The notes below the pieces were generated by a model. That model searched no databases. It had not been told where the DNA came from and worked only from the letters and a program-made list of their open reading frames with translations. A stretch of 64,000 bases of DNA from Antedon mediterranea (taxonomy: Eukaryota; Animalia; Echinodermata), in contig NC_092678.1 in assembly GCF_964355755.1 (NCBI RefSeq), positions 6,960,422 to 7,024,421 of the forward strand. The letters run 5' to 3'. Positions 52,010 to 63,420 of this stretch are shown here, in pieces. Position numbers and translations under genes: made by a program. How positions within the stretch are numbered: the stretch's first letter is position 1; each line of letters begins with the position of its first letter.

Positions 52010-52524
52010 AATAGAGAGGTTTCGCAATATTACGAATACGATAACGAAAACGGATACGTCACGCACACGTATTCGTTTTCGTAAGCCATAAAAAAAATCA
52101 GTTTCGCATGGCAACGAAATATTGAGGCGCGTCCAGAATATGACTGCGGTAAATTTGAGCGAAGCGCAGGTACGTGTTGCTTGGTGCTTGGCTGCCTAGG
52201 CCTAGCGTAACATCAAAGCGAATGAGAACTTTAAAAACTGCTATTTATCAAAATTGACCTGGCATTTTAGTAAATTACTTTAGTAAACTACTTTCAATAA
52301 AAGTATAATTATATTATAATCATGAATCATTCCTGATTCAAATGCAAAATGTGCAAAATAGATCAAAAACTATACTCGTTTTGTAGTCACGAATATGACT
52401 TGTGATATTCGTCAACACGAATACGCTTTACGAATATGAAATGGGGATCAGCTCAAAAGTTTCACAAATGTATGACGTATCCGTTTTCGTTATCGTACTC
52501 GTAAGGTTGTGAAACCTCCCTATT
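52010..52524. mobile_element. MITE with ~52-bp TIRs
   Basis: AATAGAGAGGTTTCGCAAT..ACGAATACGATAACGAAAACGGATACGTCA and its reverse complement at 52473-52524. Confidence 0.85.
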
Positions 52525-53139
52525 GTTGCAAAAACAAAAATATTTTAACACAATTATATACCATAGTAGTCACAATTAGTATTAAAAGGATAGGACACTT
52601 TTTAAGTCTCAACGGCTAGTCGTTGATGGTTATTGAGATAATCAAAATGTATTGCCAATAGTCAAAACAGGCATTTCCGGTCATTTTTTTGTTTAACTTT
52701 TCCATTTAGGCCTAAGTGAATATAAATATGGCTCTTCTGAGTATTTTGACACCAAATTGTTTACTTACACCAACTGGTTGTCAAAATATTGTTACGATTG
52801 CAGCCATTTTGAAAAATTGCCCGATCGGGTTGAAGCAGACTGCGGAAACCCGGTCACTTTTATTATGTTGTTCCAGACAAAAATTCAGCTTTAGCATATT
52901 TATTTCTACCTTAAATCCCTTTTTTGTCTAATACTCCTGGACTAATAGGACCTCTCTTTACTTCTTGTATAATTCTTTATTTCTCTCCAGACTTGCCTAT
53001 TGTTGCTCTGTCTGGGCCTCTAAACCTACTTCTACCATTAAACTTTAAAAAGCCAAAACAAAGCTATTCGTATCCTTCCTCCTACTACTCATTTAACTTC
53101 TTTTCACTTCACCATTGCTAACACCCTTCCTTTTCATAA

Positions 53140-53650
53140 CAGATATCGATATCAACTTGGCTGTCTTACTTTTAAACCTCTCCATAATCTTGCTCCTCTC
53201 TCAATTACTTGCAAAGATTACATCTAATGGGCGCGCCATGGCCACATAGCAGATCACTAACGGTGAACTCCTTATCCCCAGACCTTAATTGGAACTTTTC
53301 AAATAGTCTTTTAGCTTCAATACTGCTCTAACTTTTTTTAATTATTCTCCTTTAGATATCCGACTTGCTTCATCTTACCCTTCTTTCAAATTGTTGCTCA
53401 AGAACCATCTTCTTGTTTAGTTGCTTCCTTTTTCCTATCTTTTCTTCTGAGATAGACAATTTAATTTAACTTATCTAATTTTTTATTCTTTTTTTTGTGC
53501 TTATTTTTTTAAAATCTTTATAAATTATATTTATTTTAATTAAATTGTTATTGTTGCATGTTTATGTCTCATTTTGTATTTTTATGAGGGTCCCTAATGA
53601 TAAGCTTCGGCTGGATGAATCACCCTAGTAAAATATTATATTATTTAATA
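53140..53650 (+). mobile_element. Decayed CR1/L2-group LINE 3' end (same family fragment at ~20230-20550)
   Basis: LLIPRP..ELFK.SFSF...DIRLASSYPSFKLLLKNH. Shared tail CTAATGAT...TTCG.CTGGA.GA.CACCCTAGTAAAAT. Confidence 0.6.
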
Positions 53651-53962
53651 AGAAAACATCTTCGATCGATAACAAACAATGCTGTGCAAAGAAGCGTAAC
53701 CAGTGGTAATAACAATAACAGCATAAATGTATTCATTTTAATTCAATTAAATACCTTCAACAAGTGTATATACAAAATATAAATACAATACAAAAACTCA
53801 AGCGCTTCGTGTTCGATTATATATAAATAATATATGGATCATAAAAACGCATACAAAACATAGGCCTATAAAAAAAACTTGAACAAATATAGGTCATAGT
53901 ATAAAAAAAATGTGATGCTTCGGTTGTATCAACAAATCACAGTACTCTCTTTAGCTGTCAAG

Positions 53963-56636
53963 CAGTGGTGGCACCAGCGGGGGGGCTACGGGGGCTCTAG
54001 CCCCCTCGTCGAGGAGCCTAGCCCCCCCCCCCCTTTTTGTCGGAGAATATAATATACAGTAAAAAACGTTCGCGTTCACTTCATATAGCTTCAGCGCCTA
54101 GAAAACCACGACGTGGGGAGTACGTCAGAGGGCTATTATGCACTTTTATGCATTCATTTATTGCCAGCGATCTAACTTACTACTAAACATTAGCTAGGTA
54201 CGCACTTGTCTGGCGGTATCCCTTTGTACGAATCGTTCAACGTTGGGTCGAGACGCGTGATATCAAGTTCCTTCCAGGGACCAAAATGTGTAATGTAGTT
54301 ATTTTCCAGGCAAAGTTTACCGACGGTTACCGAAGGGAACACGGGTACCTTTTGTGGGTGTCACGAAACCTACGATCACGAAAGCTAAGACCCCCTAAGA
54401 CCTAAGATCACGAAAGCTAAGACCCAACACCTAAGATTACAAATTCTAAGATATACTACAGCTTAAAAACAATACTTGTTTATCCATACATAATTTTAAA
54501 TACAGTAGGTTTCATTTATTACCATAAATATAATTTAATACCACCGCAAAACATTTAGATAAACTCACATTATTTTCGCCCGTTGAGTAAATGTATATTT
54601 TTTCTTTACAACAAACAAACTTGACGGGATGTTTGTTTGTATATATTTACTCCATTGTGTTGGTTCAGAGGATGTTTTTCTTACGCACCTGCCTTTCTTG
54701 TATTTTGACTCCAAATTTGTTGACTAACTTTATCCTGAACACCACACTTTAAAATTAGGACTTATAAGTACTTTCAGAAGGAGAAACACATAATAACAAA
54801 TAAATAAATCCTTCAAATTTATGATTTTACAGATGTGTTTCTTTGTATACTGTAATGTAACTCCTCGAGCTCCCCATCCTCAATGTTTTTGTTTCTATGG
54901 AGCGCCAAAAGAGCAACAATAATAGTACAAGTATAAAAACAGAAAGAAAACGAAACAAAAAAACTTATCATGATTTTTTAATTAAAATTTATTTGCCAGT
55001 ATTTATTTCCTCGTACTTGCATGATTATACTATTATCATTACAATTTTAATTTTACATTGTTCTATCCACACTGTAGATGGACTCCACAGAGTTTTCAGC
55101 CTTCTATATAATTTTTGCTCTTTTGACGTTCCATAGAAACAAAAACATTGAACATGGGGGGTAGGCCTACTGTACTGTAGGCTAGTCATTTTGTGTGCGA
55201 GAAAAACGTCTGTAAAATCATCAATTTAAAAATGTATTTGTTACTTTTTATGATGATTCTTTTTCATGAAAGTGCCAATTCTAAGGTGTGGTATTCAGAA
55301 TAAATGTTGGGAGTTAAAATACAAGGCAGGTGCGAAAGATAAATATTTGTAACCTTAGGTCTTGGGTCTTAGCTTTCGTGATCTTAGGTCTTAGGGGGTC
55401 TTAGTTTTCGTGGTCTTAGGTTTCGTGACACCCTACTTTTTGTCGGGGAATATAATATACAGTAAAAAGCGTTCGCGTTCACTTCGTAGCTAGCTTCAGC
55501 GCCTAGAAAACCGCGACGTTTCATTGACCGTGAGAGTAGGCCTACGTCAGAGTGATATGCACTTTATATGCATTCATTATTGCCAGCGATCTAACTTACT
55601 ACTAAACAATAGCTAGGTTCGCACTTGTCTGGCGGTATCCCTTTGTACGAATCGTTCAACGTTGGGTCGAGACGCGTGATATCATGTTCCATCCAGGGAC
55701 CAAAATGTGTACCGTAGTTATTTTCCAGGCGAAGTTTACTGACGGTTACGTCGTGCACTGCGTCGACGTACGCTACACTACAGCAAAAACGAATTACGTT
55801 AATTGTTCGTATGTTCACCAATTTTTTTTTACAAGTAACCTTCTGTACCGTGGGGCACCTAAAATAACTTGTTCATCCATTACTAAACAAAAAAACATGC
55901 CATTTTCGCTTAGCCAACATCTTATTATAGCTAAGTTATTACATTTTCAATGTCCTGTATGTAATGAATTTCTCACCACTCGGAAGTCCAGATGGTACGC
56001 ACGCATACACTTGGGAGGAATAAACTTATTTGCCCGACTGAAAAAGGTCTACGCTTGCGTTTTTTAAGCCTCTAGGCCTGATTTTTCCGAAGTATAAAAT
56101 GCAATTTTTTGAAGACCTGCAGTTCTAGTTTTAAACAGTTTCTTAGCTCAGCCCCAACAATAAAGCTGGTCATATTTCGAAGTACAAGAAGTGCATTTTC
56201 CGGGACCTAACATCTCTATTTTTCAAACATTTCTTAGCTCAGTCACAACCTCTTGATAGGGACTTGATATATTTTGTTTCATGTTTTGAAGTATAATAAG
56301 TCCAATTTCCGGGACCTCCAACTCTATTTTTCTAAATTTTCTTTGAACTTTTATTTTTTAAATTGAAAAATATGGATTAAAACAGTCATCGCGCATCGTT
56401 TTTTTGCACGCAGTATCTTATTTATGCATTATAAAAAATGGAAAAAATGGCTACCCTAAATCTGATTAAAATGACCTCAAATGACGCTAGAACGCGTTGC
56501 TTCCGGGGGCTTCGCCCCCTGGACCCCCACCAGGGACCCTTGGCGGCCCCCAGCCTAGTGATGCTCGCTTCGCTCGCATAGCCCCCTCGTCGGGGAATGT
56601 AGCCCCCGCGTCGGGAAGATCCTGGCGCCACCCCTG
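53963..56636. mobile_element. Non-autonomous hAT element, 16-bp TIR, 8-bp TSD CTGTCAAG
   Basis: CAGTGGTGGCACCAGC / CCTGGCGCCACCCCTG termini. CTGTCAAG at 53955-53962 and 56637-56644. Confidence 0.9.
54356..55433. mobile_element. Nested long-TIR foldback element, Mutator-like
   Basis: ~85-bp TIRs GGGTGTCACGAAACCTA.GA.CACGAAAGCTAAGACC, 10-bp near-TSD TAC(C/T)TTTTGT, and further internal inverted arms (~54680-54900 vs ~55130-55335). Confidence 0.8.
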
Positions 56637-56893
56637 CTGTCAAGTTTGGAGATGTAACATCTATGTGACGTCGCCATAATACTAGTAATTGTTTTTAATG
56701 TTGAAATCTCTGTTGATCCATTTTCAAGATCTTTTGTCTGGTGATCCAGAACTATTAGTGCCCTTTCCATTCAATTCTACGCCATTCAATACAATTTTAC
56801 CCTCTTTGGAATTATTGTCCAGACTTCTAGATGATGTTTCGCTAGTGGTAAAGGATGTCATTACGTCCGTTACGTCGTCACTCTACAGCTCAC

Positions 56894-57323
56894 TATTTAT
56901 TTTATTTATTTATTTTTTTTATTTTATATGTATATATATACACGGCAGCCAGCAGTGCAGCGCCTACCATATCAGCACACCGGGAGACGACCCCCTACTC
57001 TTTTCGAATAGTGTACCAAGTTCTTTAACGTACACTGTTAAGTACACAGGACCAACGGCTTTACATCCCATCCGGATCCGAAGGTTGAGGCAATGAGAGT
57101 AAAGCATCTTGCCTAAGGATGCAATTAGTATGGTACAGATAACCTCGAACCCATGCCTATCACATGCTAGTCCGATATTACCATTACACCATCACTCTCC
57201 AGTATATATAGCACCCGCCGCGATTTCTGGACGGTCTCCCATCCAGAACGCAACCGGGCCCAACGTTGCTTAACTTCGGTGATCTGACGAGAACCGGTGT
57301 TTCAACGCAGTATGGCCGTATAC
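56894..57323 (-). mobile_element. Chimeric SINE: 5S rRNA-derived head (57323-57204) + tRNA-derived segment + Deu/Nin core + A-rich tail
   Basis: Head TACGGCCATAC..GTTCTCGTCAGATCACCGAAGTTAAGC..GGATGGGAGACCG..GGGTGCT. Then TGGTGTAATGG..GGGTTCGAG. Core GGATGTAAAGCCGTTGGTCC..GTTAAAGAAC..TTCGAAAAGAGTAGGGG..CCCGGTGT. Confidence 0.82.
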
Positions 57324-58439
57324 TGTCGGTCGCTATGTTATTTCATCGATCGAAGATGTCTTCCGTTTTGTTAAGAAGGCGTATCCCTCATTCAGCTATT
57401 GCCTATAATAGCAGCTTAGGAATAGTAATTACTAAGAAACATAACCCAGCCTAGTGTTATTACTGCATTTGGAATTTGGAATAATGGTAAAAGGGTGCTC
57501 AATCTTATGTTTGGCAGGAGCGGCGTTCATGAGGTAGAAACATGAGCAAGAATATAATATTGTACTTACCACCCATTTGAAATTCATGCAGCACTGTTGC
57601 TATACTATAACTACTGCAGATGCGCTAATCACATTTGCTGCTAATGTTGCCAACAGTGACATGCCTGACACAATTGTGACGTAGGAAAATAGCCATTTGT
57701 CGGCAGTTGCAAAGAAATGGGTCTAACAACATATTTTTCGTACACATTTGCCATTCTAATATAGACTAATTGATAAAGAGGAATTAAAAGGTGCTCCAGC
57801 TAGAACACGCTAGTATCGGACTTGTGTTTTAAGAGGAGATAGAGGAACACATTTGGCTTAGTGCTATTATAATATAGACTAGCAATAGACAATTGACGGG
57901 CACCATCTTATAATTATTTTAAGGTTCGCAATTATTTTTTTTTATTCTCTTTATTGTCACATTATCATAAAAATAAATAAATATGGGAGTTGTAACCTCC
58001 ACCAGGTGTAAAAAGAATATTATTTGTTGTTATTAAAAAAATATATGAATGTTGAAAGTATAAGAAGAATATAACATTTACATAAAGAAGTGTAAATAGG
58101 CTATATCGTGTAATACATAATTATATAAACGCATCAGGCACAGAACATACATTCTAAACCGTCCGGTGATATACTGAAATTTAATTAATTAATTTAAAAC
58201 TATTGTATATATATAAATCCAAAGGCAAATTACTGAAAATATGACAATGCTGTGGGTATTAGTGGCTGGATCTCAATGTAGATACAAAAGAAAAAAGCAA
58301 AAACCTAAATCAATACGATAAAGTAAATAAAACAGCCAGAAAAGTTAGCAGAGCTTTCGGGCAGCACTAGCCCTTCAGTGCAATGTGAGAGTACTGTACT
58401 ACTTGGACAAAGTAGATAGTTAAATCAAACAAATGCTAC

Positions 58440-58975
58440 CTGTCATCACCATCATTTGCCATTGTCGACCCACTGCAGGGTGAAGGCCTCTCCCATGTGG
58501 CACCACTTGTCTTGTGCTTTTCTCATCCAGGTGACATCTAGGAATTTGGTTATTTCATTTCTCCACCTTGCTCTTTGCCTTCCTTGATGTCTTGAACAAT
58601 ATATTGGTACCCATTATGTTATTAACTTTGTCCATTGCCCATCTGATGTTTTTGCTATGTGACCGGCCCATGTCCATTTCTTTTGTTTTAACTACCTGGA
58701 TGATATCAGTTACTTGGGTCATGCTCCTGATCCATTTATTTGTCTTTCGGTCCCGTTTGGTGATCTTGATTCTTTCCATACTATGTTGAGCAACTTTTAG
58801 TTTCTTATGTCTCAGAGCTGTAGGTCATAGCTGGTAGGACACATAGGTTGAATACCTTCCTTTTCAGACATGGTGGTATGTTGCTCTGCATCACATCATT
58901 TAGTTTTCAAAAGGCACCCCATCCTGATCTCACTCTTCTTCGTACTTCTTCATACAGTTTGTGATCCATTCTACC
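58440..58975 (-). mobile_element. RTE-clade LINE 3' fragment (second RTE-like fragment ~59228-59412, + strand)
   Basis: AQHSMERIKITKRDRKTNKWIR..T.V.DII...K-KWTWAGHIAR..DGRW. The end GGGAGAGGCCTTCACCCTGCAGTGG is followed by a (TGA)n-like tail. Confidence 0.85.
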
Positions 58976-60322
58976 TAGGTCTGATCAGAATGGATTACAA
59001 ACAGTAAACAGGAATAAAAGAAATAAGAAGAAAGGAGGCATATGCTGGTGAATAGAGGGTGGAGAGGGTAAGAGTAGGAAACAAGAAGATAGCTTGGTAG
59101 ATATAAACAATTTTGGAATGGATAAAAAAAACCAAATTATGTTTAATATTGAAACTTAAATTAGGTGCCCGGTGATATACTGAGATTTAATTCATTAATT
59201 TTAAACGATAAAGATGAGGAAATCTGAAAGATGGACGAAAACATTGAGAGAATTGAAGCCGATAAACGGCAAAAGAAAAAGGGGAGACACCCACGTAGAT
59301 GGAGGGATGACATCATATCTTATGCAGGAACAACTTGAGTTAGAACAGGAAATAGGCCAGAGGCTTGAGTAAGGATACATCCGACAGGGTTAAAGGAGCT
59401 GAGGTAAGGTAATGTTGGACACAATTACTACTACTACTACTGCGTAAGCTCGACGCAGTAGTAGTAGTAGTAGTGTTTCAATAAACTCAAAATCGAAATA
59501 AATCTCTTTCCCATTTATAACAATTCAATTTTTAGTTTTAGACAAAACCCGGTAGAAAAAGTACTATTTTGACTTTTGACCTCGTTCAAGGGGTGCACTT
59601 TACGACTATTATTTATCTCATTTATTCTTGCGTAGATGCGTGATTCCCTTAAGCTTGGTTCCCACTAGCGACGCAACATAAGCAAATGCCCTTCCAATAA
59701 TTGTGTTTTTCCCCACCTGCGGGAAATCAAACCTGCATGGTTTCTACGTTAGCGTGACGTAGACTTTGACCTGGTTCGTACCTTTGAGTACGCCCTATAG
59801 GCCTACTATGTTTTCCAGTGTTCTTTTGCCTTGCCTTTGTTGCGTGAAATCAAGCTGATTTGATTTCCCGTAGCGATATTTGCAGCACTGTTGCGTCATC
59901 GGTTCCCACTTTTGATTACGCAATACAACACTTTGCGTCGATACGTCGCTGCGTTACGTTGCGTTCTAGTAGCAACCACGCTGTAGCGACTCTTATTTGT
60001 GATTACGCAATACTTTGATACATCGGTGGCTTCTGGGTTGCTAGCTTCGCTTGCACGCCCCCACCCCCACCTCCAAATACTTCTAGATCCGCCCTTGTAG
60101 GCCTATTCTATAATGTTAAGTTGAGTTTTACGTCAAAATAAATTCCGGCTGCGAGTGGCCGGCCTTCAAGTTGCAACAATTCACGAGAGCATTTTTTTCT
60201 ATATCATGCCTCGCATGGAACAATTAGTGTGCGGAAACTCCAACACACATGTATGTGTATCATATTGATAACATAAATTATTTATCTATTTAATATATTT
60301 CACCATTAATTACGTCTGTTTT

Positions 60323-60674
60323 TGTAACATGGTGGGACCAAACCCTATTAGTCACACAGGCTATTCACCCCTTACTCTCCCCGATGTCTACTTAACTTGG
60401 AACACTACATTCCTGAGGTGGGTCTTCCAAGGAAAGTCAATCAGGATGTGGTACCATTTAATTAGTCATCCTTCCTGTCCCCTTAATATAAATATATGTT
60501 TTTTTGTAGTTAAGTTAGTTAGTTCGGGTATTGATTCTTGAGACTATAACATCAGTCAGAATCACTACGTTTCACATTGTTTTATAATATTACTTTTTGA
60601 TTGAATATATTTTGTACATTGAATAATTGTGTGCCATCGTTATTGTCTTGGCCCTCGACACGACTACCGTTACA
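60323..60674 (+). mobile_element. 5' LTR of Gypsy element (352 bp)
   Basis: TGTAAC...GTTACA termini, immediately followed by the PBS. Confidence 0.85.
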
Positions 60675-60687
60675 TGGTGGCAGCGGT
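60675..60687 (+). promoter_or_regulatory. Primer binding site complementary to tRNA-Leu 3' end
   Basis: TGGTGGCAGCGGT is the reverse complement of ...ACCGCTGCCA-CCA. Confidence 0.8.
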
Positions 60688-60785
60688 TTTTACGAACTCA
60701 CGAAGAAAAAGTAAATTTATACAGTCGACCAAGCTGTAGAATTTGAAAAGAAGCTGATTTTTATTTCCGAAACGGATTTTGTTTT

Positions 60786-60990
60786 CAACACAAGTAAAGA
60801 GTGAGTAGTAACCAATCTACACTCTTGGACACAACAACAAGGAACACAAAGGAACACAGAGAGCAACACAAGTAAAGAGTGAGTAGTAACCATTCTACAC
60901 TCTTGGAAACAACAAACACAAGAAACACAAAGGAACAGAGACGTACAAAGAGCAACACAAGTAAAGGGTGAGTAACCAATCTACACTCTA
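60786..60990 (+). repeat. ~80-88-bp tandem repeat (2.5 copies) in the retroelement leader
   Basis: CAACACAAGTAAAG.GTGAGTA..AACCA.TCTACACTCT at 60786, ~60864 and ~60953. Confidence 0.85.
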
Positions 60991-61150
60991 ATTAGCATAT
61001 ACTTTCATACTGACAGTGGCATTTATTTTATACTTTAATAATTCTTGTTGATAATTGTATAATAATTCTCAATATTACTTATATTGTAGTTAAGGTACAT
61101 TCTGTTATTAGCCTAATTGATTCCAAACTTATCGTACATTCTCACTTAAA

Positions 61151-62152
61151 ATGGCAACTCCGCGACTTACTCGGTCCCAAACCCGTACAACCCTTATTAG
61201 TACCCCTGGGTTGGCTCCTAACTTTGAGAGTCCACCTAGCCCTCCCCCACCATCTCAATCCGAAACAGCTATGCAAATGCGCATGCTTGAGTTAGAACTT
61301 GAACTCCAACGTCTTCGAATGCGTCAACAACCGCCCCAGGATACTCATAGCCCCATTAATAAGATCCCTAAAATCACAGATAAGGATGACATTGACATCT
61401 ACTTGTCATGCTTTGAGCGTATTGCAGCACAGTGCCAAATTTCCCCCGAAAATTGGACCCTACACCTTCTCCCAAAATTAACTGGTAAAGCCAGGGAGGC
61501 CTACAACGATATGCCTTTACAGAACTTCACATATAATGACCTTAAAGATGCTATCCTCTTGAAGTACCACCTCACAGCCGAAACATATCGGAAACAATTT
61601 AGACAAACCCCCAAACCCCTTTCAATGTCCACTAGAGAGTGGGTTGGAAAACTTGATCGAGACATGACGAGGTGGCTCCGAAGTGCAAAAGTTAACCTAC
61701 AAGACCCCAAGGAAATTCTTGACTTTTTTGTTTTAGATCAGGCAATCCAAAATCTCCCCTTCCCACTTGCTTCCCTAATCAAAGAAAGAGAGCCCAAAAC
61801 GTCCAATGAATTTTCTCGAATTGCCGATACCTTGATTGAAATTAAAGGTAAACCCTGGATGGAATCTATTTCTAAACCCAACACCAGACCTTCCCCGAGA
61901 ATATCCGCCCCTCCATCAACAGCCCCGTCGTTTTCTAGTTACAGTCCCGCATCCCAAGGCCCTCCCCAACCTACATCGAGTTATTCCCCAAAACCTTTGC
62001 TCTCGATCCCTTTTGATAATTATTCGGCCCCTAGCGGTACCTACACAACTCGCCAATACACAACACAAAACATTACATGCTATAAATGTAATAAACCAGG
62101 CCACATTAGTCGACAATGCCCACTTAACAACAACCCTGCAAAAGATCAATGA
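61151..62152 (+). CDS. gag: Gag of Gmr1-like Gypsy LTR retrotransposon (capsid/SCAN-like region, CCHC knuckle)
   Basis: DDIDIYLSCFERIA...LTGKAREAY...Y..LK.AIL.KY.LT.E.YRKQFR and CYKCNKPGHISRQC. Confidence 0.9.
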   Translation: MATPRLTRSQTRTTLISTPGLAPNFESPPSPPPPSQSETAMQMRMLELELELQRLRMRQQPPQDTHSPINKIPKITDKDDIDIYLSCFERIAAQCQISPENWTLHLLPKLTGKAREAYNDMPLQNFTYNDLKDAILLKYHLTAETYRKQFRQTPKPLSMSTREWVGKLDRDMTRWLRSAKVNLQDPKEILDFFVLDQAIQNLPFPLASLIKEREPKTSNEFSRIADTLIEIKGKPWMESISKPNTRPSPRISAPPSTAPSFSSYSPASQGPPQPTSSYSPKPLLSIPFDNYSAPSGTYTTRQYTTQNITCYKCNKPGHISRQCPLNNNPAKDQ

Positions 62153-63420
62153 CTAGGCCTGTACATTAAACACAATTGTGGGACCAGCCCATGGTTACTG
62201 TCTGGTACAATTAACAACAGACAGGCCGAAATACTTAGAGACACTGGGTGCTCCCAAAGCATTGTAAAAAGTACTTTTGTGAAACCCAAGGATTATACCA
62301 GTGAAACTGTCACCGTACAAGGCTTTACTGGTCAATGCATAACCCTCCCAGTTGTACACGTACATATTGATTGTAAGGCCTATAGAGGAAAATTAAAGGC
62401 AGCCGTGAGTAATGACACCCCTAAAGACTTATTACTTGGCAACGAAGTTATGACCGGTAACCCAAACGACGTCACATGGCCCCCTTCTATACTAGCTATT
62501 ACCAGAAAACAAGCCCATGACCAAGAAAGACAAGAGGCTATTAATTTAGCTGCTGCCCTTAATGTTAAAACGTCCCCAATCCCTGATGCCCTACCACTTA
62601 AACCTTCCCCAAGATCGTCCCGAATTGTAAAGAAAAATGACAACACTACCACTGCCCACATTACCGATCATTCACCTTTGGACATCAAAACAACACCACA
62701 CCAACTTGCACATCAACAAAAAGAAGATAAAACCATTAGCACCATAATACATGATAGAACTGTCTCTTTTGACCAAATTAATTCTCATCGTGTATGCTTT
62801 TATTTGAAAGATGATATATTATTTAGAAAATGGAAATCTATTAAGACCAGTGTTAATCTCCCTGGCCTAGAACAAATCGTATTGCCCACAATTTATCGCC
62901 CGACTATACTTTCCTTAGCCCATGACAACCCAACATCCGGCCACCTCGGTGTAAACAAAACAACACAACGTATCCTACAATCCTTTTATTGGCCAGGTAT
63001 TTTTTCGGATGTTGCTACGTACTGTAGAACATGCGACATATGTCAGAAAACAGCCCATGCTAATACGTATAGTAAGGCCCCCTTGAAACCCATAGAAATT
63101 GTCGGTCAACCATTCTCCAAAGTAGGAATTGACATTCTAGGCCCACTTAAACGTTCGAAAAACAGAAAAGCCTATATACTGACAATTTGCGACTATGCCA
63201 CTCGATTCCCTTTTGCTGTGCCCCTTAGTAATATTGAAGCCAAAACTGTGGCCGATGCATTGATATTGGTGTTCAAAGATTTTGGATTCCCATCACAAAT
63301 CCTATCCGATCAGGGCACAAACTTCACTTCACGACTGATGAAACAATTATCAGACTTATTACAAATTGAACAGATGACGTCTACCCCTTTTCACCAGCAA
63401 ACAAATGGTCTTGTCGAGTT
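62153..63420 (+). CDS. pol: Pol (protease then integrase), in frame with gag, truncated within the integrase core
   Basis: LRDTGCSQSIV protease, AH...SGHLG...FYWP...C..C zinc domain, and VGIDILGP..DYATRFP..SDQGTNF..HQQTNGLVE. Homology stops at ~63420, with no RT or 3' LTR in the window. Confidence 0.88.

Noticed and set aside
55591-57096. ORFs of 60-135 aa within and near the hAT element
   Set aside because: They have no transposase or other motifs and arise from GC-rich subterminal and SINE sequence.
57204-57323. Functional 5S rRNA gene
   Set aside because: It is diverged in conserved positions, has no oligo-T terminator, and runs directly into a SINE body.
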